The translations under genes were made by a program, and so were the position numbers. Below the pieces are notes generated by a model. The model ran no database searches and had not been told where the DNA came from. It saw nothing but the letters and a program-made list of their open reading frames with translations. A DNA stretch of 64,000 bases from Haliotis rufescens (Eukaryota): the NCBI RefSeq assembly GCF_023055435.1, contig NW_025964223.1:58466001-58530000 (forward strand), read 5' to 3'. Of this stretch, positions 28,283-38,498 are shown one piece after another. Positions within the stretch are counted from its first letter, which is position 1; each line of letters starts with the position of its first letter.

Positions 28283-28428
28283 GAGTGAGTGAGTGAGTAA
28301 TATTCCAGCAATATCATGGCAGGGGACACCAGAAATTTGCTTCACACATTGTGCCCCTGCGGGGTTTCGAACCCGGATCTTCAGCGTGACTAGCTAACGC
28401 TTTAACCACTAGGCTACCCCATCGCTCC
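28283..28428 (-). mobile_element. SINE family A
   Basis: Consensus match; TSD cccactatt/ctgccgag. Confidence 0.85.
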
Positions 28429-28566
28429 CACTACTGCCGAGGAGAGTCCAATCTGTTTATCTCTACACTCCTGGTGATATCTGATTATCTATAGAAAGTC
28501 CTGCTCCCGTGTTGCTTTTCATCCTACTCTATATCTTTGATAGATTTGTTTCTTCCAACCGGGTCG

Positions 28567-28849
28567 CCACCGCGGTGTAGTGGTAGAGTGTCCGCCCGGA
28601 GAGCGGAAGGTCCGGGGTTCGATCCCCTGCCGCGGCATAGCAAATGACGTTGCAAAATGGTACTTGTTCTTACCATGCTTGGCGCTCGGCATTAAGGGGC
28701 TAAAACAAGGACTGGTCGGCTCGGAGTCAGTATACTGTGTCTGAGTAGGGTATTCATGTTAAACTGCGGCAGGGTATCTCAGTGTGCTAGCACTATAAAA
28801 TCGGCTTTAGTCCGGACTGGTACAAGCAGCCACACATACAGACACACAG

Positions 28850-28880
<31 letters not shown>

Positions 28881-28947
28881 TGCATGTACGTCGCTATATA
28901 AGTGCGATAATCTTTGACGCGAGGTTAAACCACATTTCACCTCACCT
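28567..28947 (+). mobile_element. SINE family D (tRNA-derived, mollusc-type core, (CACCT)n tail)
   Basis: gtgtagtggtagag A box, ggttcgatccc B box, ggactggtcggctcggagtcag, gtgtgctagcactataaa. Confidence 0.85.
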
Positions 28948-29109
28948 TCCAAAGCAGGTTTTATATTATCATACATTTTATATTTATCGCTTTATCCCAT
29001 TTGACTGCCTGTCTAACCTACGAGTGGATGTGAAACGCAGATGAACAAGAAACAGAATTACCAGCATTTGTGAACATCTCGAATCCTGTCACTTTTCAGT
29101 TGTTTCATG

Positions 29110-29230
29110 GGCATTACTTAGAAGTTGACGGATGACAAAGTAGACACAATTTTAGATAACAACTTCTATATTTACTGTAAAGCCGACGTTTCGGTATAGA
29201 TCCTATTACCGTTGTCAAGCAAGCCTTGCT
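29110..29230 (-). mobile_element. Solo Penelope-type pseudo-LTR with minimal hammerhead-like motif
   Basis: Minus strand reads gc-TTGACAA-c-GGTAATAGGATCTATACC-GAAA-CG-TC-ggcttt, followed by an AT-rich tail. Confidence 0.55.
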
Positions 29231-30377
29231 TTTTCTACTTTGCATGTCACGTTCATTAAAATTTAATTATATTAGTGTGATTAATAATAGCTTACCGGTT
29301 GCTTATATGCCACGAATGTATACGTAGTATGTGTGATTTCATAAGGGTGGATGATACACAGCAGTAAATACAGATGAAGATACTGACGCCTTACATGTGT
29401 TTACCGAACTCTGGCTGACCAGCACAATGAGAAATACTGGTCCTGGATCATGCCCGATGTTCGTTAACTGGAACATGGCCCGTTAGTTGTAATATTTCCT
29501 TATTTCACAATTTCCAATCCCATATTATATGGCATGTAGCATGTAAAATATTTTTAAAACTTTGTCCATTTTTCCAATGTTAATAGTTTGATGGGCGATG
29601 TAATGTTAAAGTGTTCGCGTGTTGGGCGGAAGGCCTGGGGTCTCTCACTCACTCACTCACTCACTCACTCACCCACCCACCCACCCACTCACTCACTCAC
29701 TCACTCACTCACTCACTCACTCACTCACTCACTAACCCACCAAACGAACAACACCACAAATTAAAGCAGCATGATATTCCACCTTTACAGACGTGTCCCA
29801 GATTAAGCTTGCAGATAAACTGTTTGCATGAACATGTCTAGACTATCAGTCTGACATAAGTACAGATGCATGCACATTAAACCTTAGATAATTCAGTCAC
29901 GCCATAAGGACATAGGTGGTGAATACTGAATAGACGTTCGGTGTGTTTGGAAAATTATATCGCAAAACAAAAACAGCGGTTCACCCCCTCCACTCTCCAC
30001 CCTCCTCTCCGCTGACCTCATCTCAACACACACAGGGACAGACATACACACACTCGCACGCGCACACACACGCGCGAGCAGACGTACATACGCACGCACA
30101 CACACGCCTCAAAGAAAAAGAATGGTGGGTTTCAACCGTATATTAACTAGTTAGCTTATCATTTGTTGAAGGTGCGTGTACAGAATGTATGTCGGGGAAA
30201 AGGTAAGGACAGTTTCCATCTTAAAGGCCTTTTCTAAACCAAATACAAAGTGGTAAAAAATGAATAATAATTAAACGTGAGTTCCTGATTCAGGCCAAGC
30301 TAACAGGTCTTGTGTCCCTCGGCCCTCATACCAGGGTGTCAATGTCAAGATGACATGACATCATTATATTCTGTGCA

Positions 30378-30496
30378 GTGTGCAGTGTGCAGTGTGCACC
30401 TTGATTTGCTGCAATAATTGGTTGACGTCATCAACTTGTCACCATGTGACTGGGGAACATCACGTGACCATAGATAGCTCCACGAGCCGTATATAA
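30378..30496 (+). promoter_or_regulatory. Ferritin A proximal promoter: 3x MRE core, CRE, E-box, TATA
   Basis: GTGTGCA x3 (TGCACAC on minus strand) 30378-30398; TGACGTCA 30423-30430; CACGTG 30461-30466; TATATAA 30490-30496. Confidence 0.65.
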
Positions 30497-30530
30497 GCTG
30501 CAGGTGACAAGAGTGGCCCCAGTCTACTCT

Positions 30531-30562
30531 TTGCTTAGCTGCGTCAGTGTGCGTACGGGCAA
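30531..30562 (+). promoter_or_regulatory. Iron-responsive element (IRE) in ferritin A 5' UTR
   Basis: ttgctt-AGC-tgcgt-CAGTGT-gcgta-C-gggcaa: CAGUGN loop, 5-bp upper stem, bulged C, lower stem; about 40 nt after the TATA box. Confidence 0.85.
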
Positions 30563-30626
30563 GAAGACAGGAGCGTCAAACTTTCATCTACAATTCCACA
30601 TTCCATACGAGAACTTATCTGCCACC

Positions 30627-30731
30627 ATGCCAGAAAGTCAAGCACGTCAGAACTACCACGTCAACAGCGAGGCGGGCGTCAACAAACAGATTAACGTCCT
30701 GCTGAACTGTAGCTATGTCTACCATTCCATG
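30627..30731 (+). CDS. Ferritin A (atypical, ferroxidase-centre-degenerate) exon 1, aa 1-35
   Basis: GCCACC-ATG Kozak at 30621-30629; translates MPESQARQNYHVNSEAGVNKQINVLLNCSYVYHSM (ferritin helix A); phase-0 donor GTGAGT at 30732. Confidence 0.96.
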
Positions 30732-31312
30732 GTGAGTGTCACACTTAGATCTCTATCTACCAATCCATGTTGAGTGTCACATCTATATTTCTATGTACCA
30801 ATCCGTGGCGAGTGTCACACCTATATCTCTATCTACTGTCCCATGTTGAGTGTTACATCTATATCTCTATCTACTGTCCCATTGTGAGTGTCACATCTAT
30901 ATCTCTATCTACCAATCCATGGTGAGTGTCACATCTATATCTCTATCTACTGTCCCATTGTGAGTGTCACATCTATATCTCTATCTACCAATCTATGGTG
31001 AGTGTCACATCTATATCTCTATCTACTGTCCCATTGTGAGTGTCACATCTATATCTCTATCTACCAATCCATGGCGAGTGTCACATCTATATCTCTATCT
31101 ACCAATCCATTGTGAGTGTCACATCTATATCTATATCTACCAATCCATTGTGAGTGTCACATCTATATCTCTATCTACCAATCCATGTTGAGTGTCACAT
31201 CTATATCTCTATCTACCAATCCATGTTGAGTGTCACATCTATATCTCTATCTACCAATCCATGGCGAGTGTCACCCTTAGATCTCTATCTCTTAATCCAT
31301 AGCGAGTGTCAC
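30720..31312. repeat. 38-bp minisatellite (16 units) spanning the ferritin A exon 1 donor
   Basis: ccatggtgagtgtcacatctatatctctatctaccaat; units start at 30727, 30765 ... 31297. Confidence 0.95.
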
Positions 31313-31922
31313 AGCTTTACAATTCTCCCACTTCCACATTTTCCACACACAATCTCCCTCACCACCTCCATTACCCCCACCACCACACACACACAACGAA
31401 CACACACAAACACACTCAACCACCCCACCCCACCCCACCCCACCCCACTCAACCACGCTCCCCCCAGCCATAGTGCACTTGTCCTGGTCTGGTGCGCGCT
31501 GACCCACAATACGTCCTTGACATTTTGTTGAGATAAAATCTTGTGTAACCCGATAGCCAATGTAGCGTTGCTATTATTCAGACAGACAACCTCTCTCACG
31601 GAGTAATAGTATATGCGTGACAATATTGGTTTATTGTTACGCTGATTGGACGTTACGTAACCCTAGAACCACCAGCTTCAGATGTAGTGTCTGCACATGA
31701 ACAGCTGTCTACATATTGCACGTGGCGCGTGATCATAATACACTATGCAGATGAAGACGATGAATTGAGAAAATAAGGACTGTTATGTTCACAATATCTT
31801 GTAGAGTTGTCTGATGAGTCTATAAAAGCAAAGAATAACTTGATAGAATATTTTATTTATTTATTTTTCTAATAATTGTGTGCTTCCTCTGCTCCGACTC
31901 AGCTGATTCTCTTGTTGTTTCC

Positions 31923-32073
31923 GGGACGGTCGAGTGGTTAAAGCGTTCGCTCGTCACGCTGAAGACCAAGGTTCTATTCCCGACATGGCTACAATATGTG
32001 AAGTCAATTTCTCGCGTCCCCCGCCGTGATATTGTTGGAATATTGCGCGGCATAAAACAATAATCACTCACTC
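31923..32073 (+). mobile_element. SINE family A inserted at the ferritin A intron 1 acceptor
   Basis: Consensus match; 14-bp TSD ctcttgttgtttcc at 31909-31922 and 32071-32084. Confidence 0.9.
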
Positions 32074-32086
32074 TTGTTGTTTCCAG

Positions 32087-32233
32087 GCCTGGTATTTTGA
32101 CCGGGATGACGTGGCCCTGAAAGGATTCTTTGAGTTTCTCAAGGATGCCTCTTGCAAGAAGCGCGAGTTCGCCGAGAAAATGATGAAGTACCAGAACCAG
32201 AGAGGTGGGCGCATCGTGCTGCAGGACATCAAG
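32087..32233 (+). CDS. Ferritin A exon 2, aa 36-84
   Basis: Acceptor ttgtttccAG; [49 protein letters not shown]; donor GTAATC at 32234. Confidence 0.97.
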
Positions 32234-32248
32234 GTAATCACTGAGATG

Positions 32249-32620
32249 TGGCTACAGAACGTCACATTTAACATGGGGTGGGTCCCCATATATCGTCCAG
32301 AGGCAGGGCTGCAGAACGTCACGTTTAACATGGGGTGGGTCTCCATATATGGTCCAGAGGCGGGACTGCAGAACGTCACGTTTAACATGGGGTGGGTCTC
32401 CATATATGGTCCAGAGGCGGGACTGCAGAACGTCACGTTTAACATGGGGTGGGTCTCCATATATGGTCCAGAGGCAGGGCTGCAGAACTTCAAAGTTAGC
32501 TTAGGGACGGGGCTGCAGAAAGTCAGCAGTAACTTAGGGACGGGGTTGCAGAAAGTCAGCAGTAAGTTTTTGACGGGGCTGCAGAACTTCGCAGTTAACA
32601 TGAAGACGGGGCTACAGATT
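32249..32620. repeat. 57-bp (x4) plus 30-bp degenerate repeats in ferritin A intron 2
   Basis: ggctgcagaacgtcacgtttaacatggggtgggtctccatatatggtccagaggc. Confidence 0.9.
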
Positions 32621-32993
32621 ATCCAGTATACATAAAGGCGAGGCTACAAAATTTTACATTTGATAAGGGGCGGGGCTATACTACATCACATTTAAGGGCG
32701 GGGCTACAGGTCACCCAGATAACAATGGATTGCCATAGAGCTGCAGAAAAAACATGAAATCACTGAAACCTGACGCTGTCGCCGCGACGGATGCAGTGAA
32801 TGATGACTTGTGTCCTAGATTTACAGACAAGAGCAACAGAGCGACGCAGGTCATCAAAACATACGATAGCGTACATGTCGCACTCCCACCATTCTCTTAC
32901 AATGTCGTTACTGTCGGAGCAGGGTCAACATTATTAAGAAAGTGGTCACATTTGTTTGTTTGTTTGCTTGCTTCTTAGCTGCACAGATGTGTA

Positions 32994-33231
32994 TTTGTTT
33001 GTTGCTTAACGCCGCACATAGCAATATTCCAGCTATGTGACGGTGGTCTGTAAATAATCGTGTCTGGACCAGACAATACAGTGATTGATATCATGAGCAT
33101 CGATCTACGCAACTAGGATACGATGATATGCATCAATCAAGTCAGCGAGCCTGACCACACGATCCCGTTAGTCACCTATTACGGCAAGCATGGGTTGCTG
33201 AAGACCAATGCTAACCCGGATCTTCACGGGT
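32994..33231 (-). mobile_element. SINE-like family B in ferritin A intron 2
   Basis: Consensus match ending ggatcttcacgggt. Confidence 0.85.
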
Positions 33232-33461
33232 TGGACGCATTTACTCATTTTAGAGAACCTAGTAAACATCAGAAGAACAATATCATAACACATCTAGTGA
33301 TGTAGGTTTAGGGAATCTCCATCTGATTATTACAGATGTTACAGATTATTAAAACTATCATCGCTGTATTAACAGACTTGGCATAAATCCAATCAGATTG
33401 AGTCGTTTTGCTGTGTGTGTAATGTTGATGTAGTCGGGTACATGTAAACGTGTTGTTGCAG

Positions 33462-33587
33462 AAGCCGCCCCAGGACGAATGGGGGACAGGCCTGGACGTG
33501 ATGCAGTCTGCCCTGGCCCTGGAGAAGAGCGTCAACCAGGAGTTCCTGGACCTGCACAAGGTGGCGGACTGCAACACTGACCCACAG
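33462..33587 (+). CDS. Ferritin A exon 3, aa 85-126
   Basis: Acceptor tgttgcAG; KPPQDEWGTGLDVMQSALALEKSVNQEFLDLHKVADCNTDPQ; donor GTGCGT at 33588. Confidence 0.97.
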
Positions 33588-33649
33588 GTGCGTCAGGTCA
33601 CACACTGCTGGGGGTGGGGAGGGTCATGGTATCAATGGTAGTGGGGAAG

Positions 33650-34058
33650 TCGGTGAAGGGTCAGGTCAAATACCGTGAGGGTAGAGGGTGAGGCGGTGAA
33701 GAGTCAGGTCAAATACCGTGAGGGTAGAGAGGAAGGCGGTGAAGGGTCATGTCAAATACCGTAAGGGTAGAGGGGGAGGCGGTGAAGAGTCAGGTCAAAT
33801 ACCGTGAGGGTAGAGAGGAAGGCGATGAAGAGTCAGGTCAAATACCGTAAGGGTAGAGGGGAAGGCGGTGAAGGGTCAGGTCAAATACCGTGAGGGTAGA
33901 GAGGAAGGCGATGAAGAGTCAGGTCAAATACCGTAAGGGTAGAGTGGAAGGCGGTGAAGGGTCAGGTCAAATACCGTAAGGGTAGAGTGGAAGGCGGTGA
34001 AGGGTCAGGTCAAATACCGTAAGGGTAGAGGGGAAGGCGGGGAAGGGTCAGGTCAAAT
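33650..34058. repeat. 43-bp G-rich minisatellite in ferritin A intron 3
   Basis: ggcggtgaagggtcaggtcaaataccgtaagggtagaggggaa, about 9 copies. Confidence 0.93.
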
Positions 34059-34139
34059 AGGCATGTATGTAGTGGTCGCTGTACTGCATATCTTCCCATG
34101 TCACACATCAACTGAGTCTCTGCTGTCTTGCTACTGCAG

Positions 34140-34277
34140 ATGATGGACTTCCTGGAGGATGAGTTCCTGGAAGAGGAGGTCGAGATGATCAAGAAGCTCT
34201 CCGACCACGTGACCAACCTGAAGCGCGTTGGACCAGGTCTCGGAGAGTACCAGTTCGACCACGAGACTCTCAGTTAA
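34140..34277 (+). CDS. Ferritin A exon 4, aa 127-171 plus stop
   Basis: Acceptor ctactgcAG; [48 protein letters not shown]; spliced CDS is 516 nt (171 aa), with three phase-0 introns as in typical animal cytosolic ferritin genes. Confidence 0.97.
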   Translation: MMDFLEDEFLEEEVEMIKKLSDHVTNLKRVGPGLGEYQFDHETLS

Positions 34278-34534
34278 ATTGGTCCGCGGCCTTCCGGTCA
34301 CCATGGTAACCGATGACAACGCCCGACAACGCCTACTGCTTCTGTCCTATACTTTCTTGTAAGAACTAAAGCCCCGCTTCTTGTAACTGGCAGCCTGCTT
34401 CACGTGACGCGTGACGTGAATTCCAAAATGAGATGAAACATTTAATTTTTATACGTGTCTTATCTTTTTATACATTTTGTCTGTTGAATTTTGTTAATTT
34501 TCCCTGTTATAAACTCCTGTAAAACAACATCTGC

Positions 34535-34540
34535 AATAAA
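34535..34540 (+). terminator. Polyadenylation signal of ferritin A
   Basis: AATAAA about 260 nt after the stop codon, following a U-rich 3' UTR. Confidence 0.6.
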
Positions 34541-34680
34541 TCCAAGCATGCATATGGGCGTCTTCATCCTCTATAGACATCTTCAGTGATCCGTACGTGT
34601 GCAATTGCTCCTCCTCGGCCCTATACACAGAGACAGGCAGAAAGACTCGTGTGAAGAGAACAGCATTTGAATCTGTTGGA

Positions 34681-34936
34681 GACCCGTGAAGCACCGGGTT
34701 AGAATAGATCTTCAGCAACCCATGCTTGTCGTGAAAGGCGACTATGCTTGTCGTAAGAGGCGAGTAACGGGATCAGGCTCGCTGACTTGGTTGATGCATG
34801 TCATCGTATCCCAATTGAGGGGGTCGATGCTCATGATGTCAATCACTGGATTGTCTCGTCCAGACTCGATTATATACAGTCCGCCCTCATATAGCTGGAA
34901 TATTGCTGAGTGTGACGTTAAACAACAAACAAACAA
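34681..34936 (+). mobile_element. SINE-like family B just 3' of ferritin A
   Basis: Starts GACCCGTGAAG. Confidence 0.87.
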
Positions 34937-35099
34937 AAGTCAGTTAGACAAAGTCACTTTGAGCAGAATTTCAATCATTTCACAGACACGGATTGTCAGA
35001 TTCAGCAGGTGACTGGCGCTAGAAAATATCAAAGTGATGTAGATCCTAGACGACTGCCGGTCTAATTCTACATTCAGTACTCTATATACATTCAGTACT

Positions 35100-35470
35100 C
35101 TACTCTGCCCTGCCCTGCCCTGCCCTGCCCTGCCCTGCCCTGCCCTGACCTGCTCTGCCCTGCCCTGCCCTACCCTACCCTACCTTCTACGCTCTACATT
35201 CACCACTCTACACCCTACCCTACCCTACCCTACCCTGCCCTGCCCTGCCCTGCCCTGCCCTGCCCTGCCCTGCCCTGCCCTGCCCTACCTTCTACATTCT
35301 ACGCTCTACATTCACCACTCTACATCCCACCCCACCCTACCCTACCCTACCCTACCCTACCCTACCCTACCCTACCCTACCCTACCCTACCTTCTACATT
35401 CTGAGCTCTACATTCAGCACTCTACACCCTACCCTACCCCCAGCCCTACCCCCCTACCCTATACATTCTA
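35100..35470. repeat. (CCCTG)n/(CCCTA)n pentanucleotide repeats
   Basis: Direct inspection. Confidence 0.92.
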
Positions 35471-36261
35471 CGCACTACACAAAATTTACTTTCTTCAATC
35501 AGCAATTTATACTCTACGCTCTACATTCTACGCTTTATATTAAAGACTCTACATTCCACGCTCTACTCCCTAACCTACAGTCTACGCTTGACACCCTAAG
35601 CTCTACATTCTACTCTCTCCACTACTCACACTATGAATCCAGAAGGGACATTTTCGCCCTTTGAAAACCAAGCAAAAAGTATGACAAAAATTAACAATTG
35701 TCGTATTTGGAATAGTTTTGATTTTTTATAGAAGGGGGACAAAGTGGCAGGTCACGTTGTCAAGTGGTTTGAAGTGCTATTCAAACACATAAAGATTTAT
35801 AGTGATGTAAGTCACCTCATATACCTTATGGTTGGATTCGAACCTGTTTTAATTGTATTTTGTGCGAACGCATCCAATAGTAGACCGCAGAACCCTGTAA
35901 GATGTGGTTGAAACATTCAGTTCCTGTACAAAAATTATTAATCTCAGACGTGACCTCGTTCTATACTTCTCAGGGAGCTGAACGTCATGGCACCCTGTAA
36001 TCTGAGTATGTATCTCTGCTCATCAATGAGTGTCACTGAGTTGTGCTACAGAGACCAGGGTGTCATTATACAAGAATAAAATAATGGAAACGTGGTAATA
36101 GGTTCACAGGTTTATTATTATCAGCTAGTTGTATAGACTAGTATAGATGACAATAAAAAGGATCAAAATACCCATGTTACACTGACAACGACCACTGATT
36201 AATTAAACCAGGACACATATACAAGCTGAACGGAACTTTTTTCCACTCAGGCTGCTATCAG

Positions 36262-36799
36262 CATCTTCCCGAGGCAAGAGAGTTAACTGACTATAAAAGT
36301 CCAGTTTCCACCCTTGCCGAACTAGGCTGGTATTATGGAGTTACAGTTTGGCTGGACTAACGAGTCTATGCATAGTCCAATCAAAATTGCGCACCGAAAT
36401 CGAAATCCGGTTCGTAAACTGTCGAGCAGATTTCGATCGATTGCAGGATTTGCAAAGCATGTGCACCGCCAACTCGTTTTCAGCAGATATTCTCCGAATC
36501 TTTTCATGTTTTTAATCAAAGTGATTTGATGCATTTCGCGATGTAAGACCCGTTTTATCACAATATAGATCTTGATTATCGATCAGTTCATCCTGACTTG
36601 GGCGCCACCATTTTGTGTAAAGCAAACGCAAGTGATACGAGAGGTGGAATCTGATTGGTCCATAGGAGAGGCTTAGAAGGGACATAACTGGTAATAGCCA
36701 CTGGTGGCGCTACGATCGAGCCCAGTAATTCCAACCTAGTTCGGCAAGGGTGGAAACTGGACTTTTAAAGTCAGTTAACTCCCTTGCCTCGGGAAGATG
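36262..36799. mobile_element. MITE with about 70-bp TIRs and 8-bp TSD (hAT/P-like)
   Basis: CATCTTCCCGAGGCAAGAGAGTTAACTGAC... and its reverse complement; flanks gctatcag / gctgtcag. Confidence 0.85.
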
Positions 36800-37830
36800 G
36801 CTGTCAGCGGCATCAGAGGTACACAATTATTTCAACAACATAATACATATAAATATGCATGCATATATACAGAATCACTAGGGTAACAATGTACCTGTAT
36901 GTACAATTCAATCAGAAGAGAGTTACTTGATAGATTTGAACAATGACAAGATGGTTTTACAAAATGTGGACAATTTTCTCAATGGTCCTAATCGTGGATT
37001 TTTTAGAAGTAAATTCATTATACACATATTGGGTTCAATGTCGTAAATCTGTGTAAAAATTGTTTTCTTTCGTTTTCTGAAGATAGACAAATTAACAAAT
37101 ATTGGAATCACCTTAACAAAGCGGACATTTTCTTTCGGTTAAAGCTTTTTTTCTCCATCTCCCAGTTTCAACAGGTAGATTAGGGTTACAAGTTCAAAAC
37201 TGAAGTAAGACACGCCAAACGTTTTCCTGCAGTAGTTTAAGTAATATTCAAAATTTAGACAATCATTTGTCATGACACTATACATTGTGCCTTTCAAAGA
37301 CTTATCTCTTGCACTTATCAAACGCTGTAGGTTAATGTCATTTAATTTAGATTAAGTAGGATTAAGTAGTAGCTAAATCAAGACTTTTACAAGATATTGA
37401 CAAGATACATAGACGGCCAATTAAGTTGACTGTGACTGGGTTAAATAGCAGGAAATAAACACAGGGTCCATCCCCAAAACAAGTCTCTTGGACAATAAAA
37501 TAGGCGAAAAACGCCGAATAGCTAACTACTCTTATAGACGAAAGACTTAGTCACTTTGACAGGGCAAGGAAATTCTAAACTTCCCAAAGATACAAGGTAC
37601 TTGACCTACGGAGTATCTAGACTCACAATCATTATAAATGTACTTGGCCGAAAGAGTAACTTTACGCCCAATAAGAAATAGGTATTTGACCTAAACTAGT
37701 CAATCCCGGGTTAGTTGGTTATCCATGGATTTCTAGAAGAAGGGAGTATGAAAAATCCTAACCAACAAGTTGAGCTCAGTACAACTAGAATACGTCAGTA
37801 CTAGATTAAAACTGCCCTGTAATTACTTAC

Positions 37831-37998
37831 GAGTGAGTGAGTGAGTATGGTTTTACGCCGCTTTTAGCAATATTCCAGCAATATCACGGCGGGGGACACC
37901 AGAAATGGGCTTCACACATTGTACCCATGTCGGGAATCGAACCCGGGTCTTCGGCGTGACGAGCGAACGCTTTAACCACTAGGCTACCCGACCGCCCC
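37831..37998 (-). mobile_element. SINE family A (young)
   Basis: Near-consensus; TSD aattacttacga. Confidence 0.93.
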
Positions 37999-38184
37999 AA
38001 TTACTTACGAAGGAAACGTATGTATCGAATGACAACCCAGCAGCAAGACGACCCGTAACGGTCTAGCGTTGACTGTCGGTCAAGACACAGGATTTCGCCG
38101 CGGACCTCGGAGAGAACAACCTGTCCTGGTCAGCAGTGGGAATGCAACAGCCTGGTTAGGCAACCGAAGTGAGTTTAGTTTCCC

Positions 38185-38398
38185 TAAAGATGGCACTTGT
38201 TGTTACCCTGCCAGCGCTCGGCATTTTGGGGCTAAAACAAGGTCAGGTCGGCTCGGCGTCAGTATACTGTGTCTGAGTGGGGTATTCATGTTAAACTGCG
38301 GCATGGTACCTCAGTGTGCTAGCACTATAAATCGTACATGCACGTCGCTATATAAGTGCAATAATCTTGGACGCGACGTTAAACCCCATTTCAACTCA
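38185..38398 (+). mobile_element. SINE family D, partial
   Basis: Core and tail match. Confidence 0.78.
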
Positions 38399-38498
38399 TC
38401 GGTAAGATTGATATGGCATGCAAACGCATACCCAACGTTTTTATAGCCCAACAAGTAATGTTGCACGCGCATATCATGTTGGTGTGGTTCGGCGCCAT

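Noticed and set aside
34297-34317. RFX X-box-like GTCACCATGGTAAC in the ferritin A 3' UTR, and a 16-mer shared with 10265-10280
   Set aside because: Single short motif with no supporting context; may be chance.
37831-37998. tRNA genes (also 28567, 52748, 26688 etc.)
   Set aside because: tRNA-like heads continue into SINE bodies with tails and TSDs; no complete cloverleaf with a Pol III terminator.
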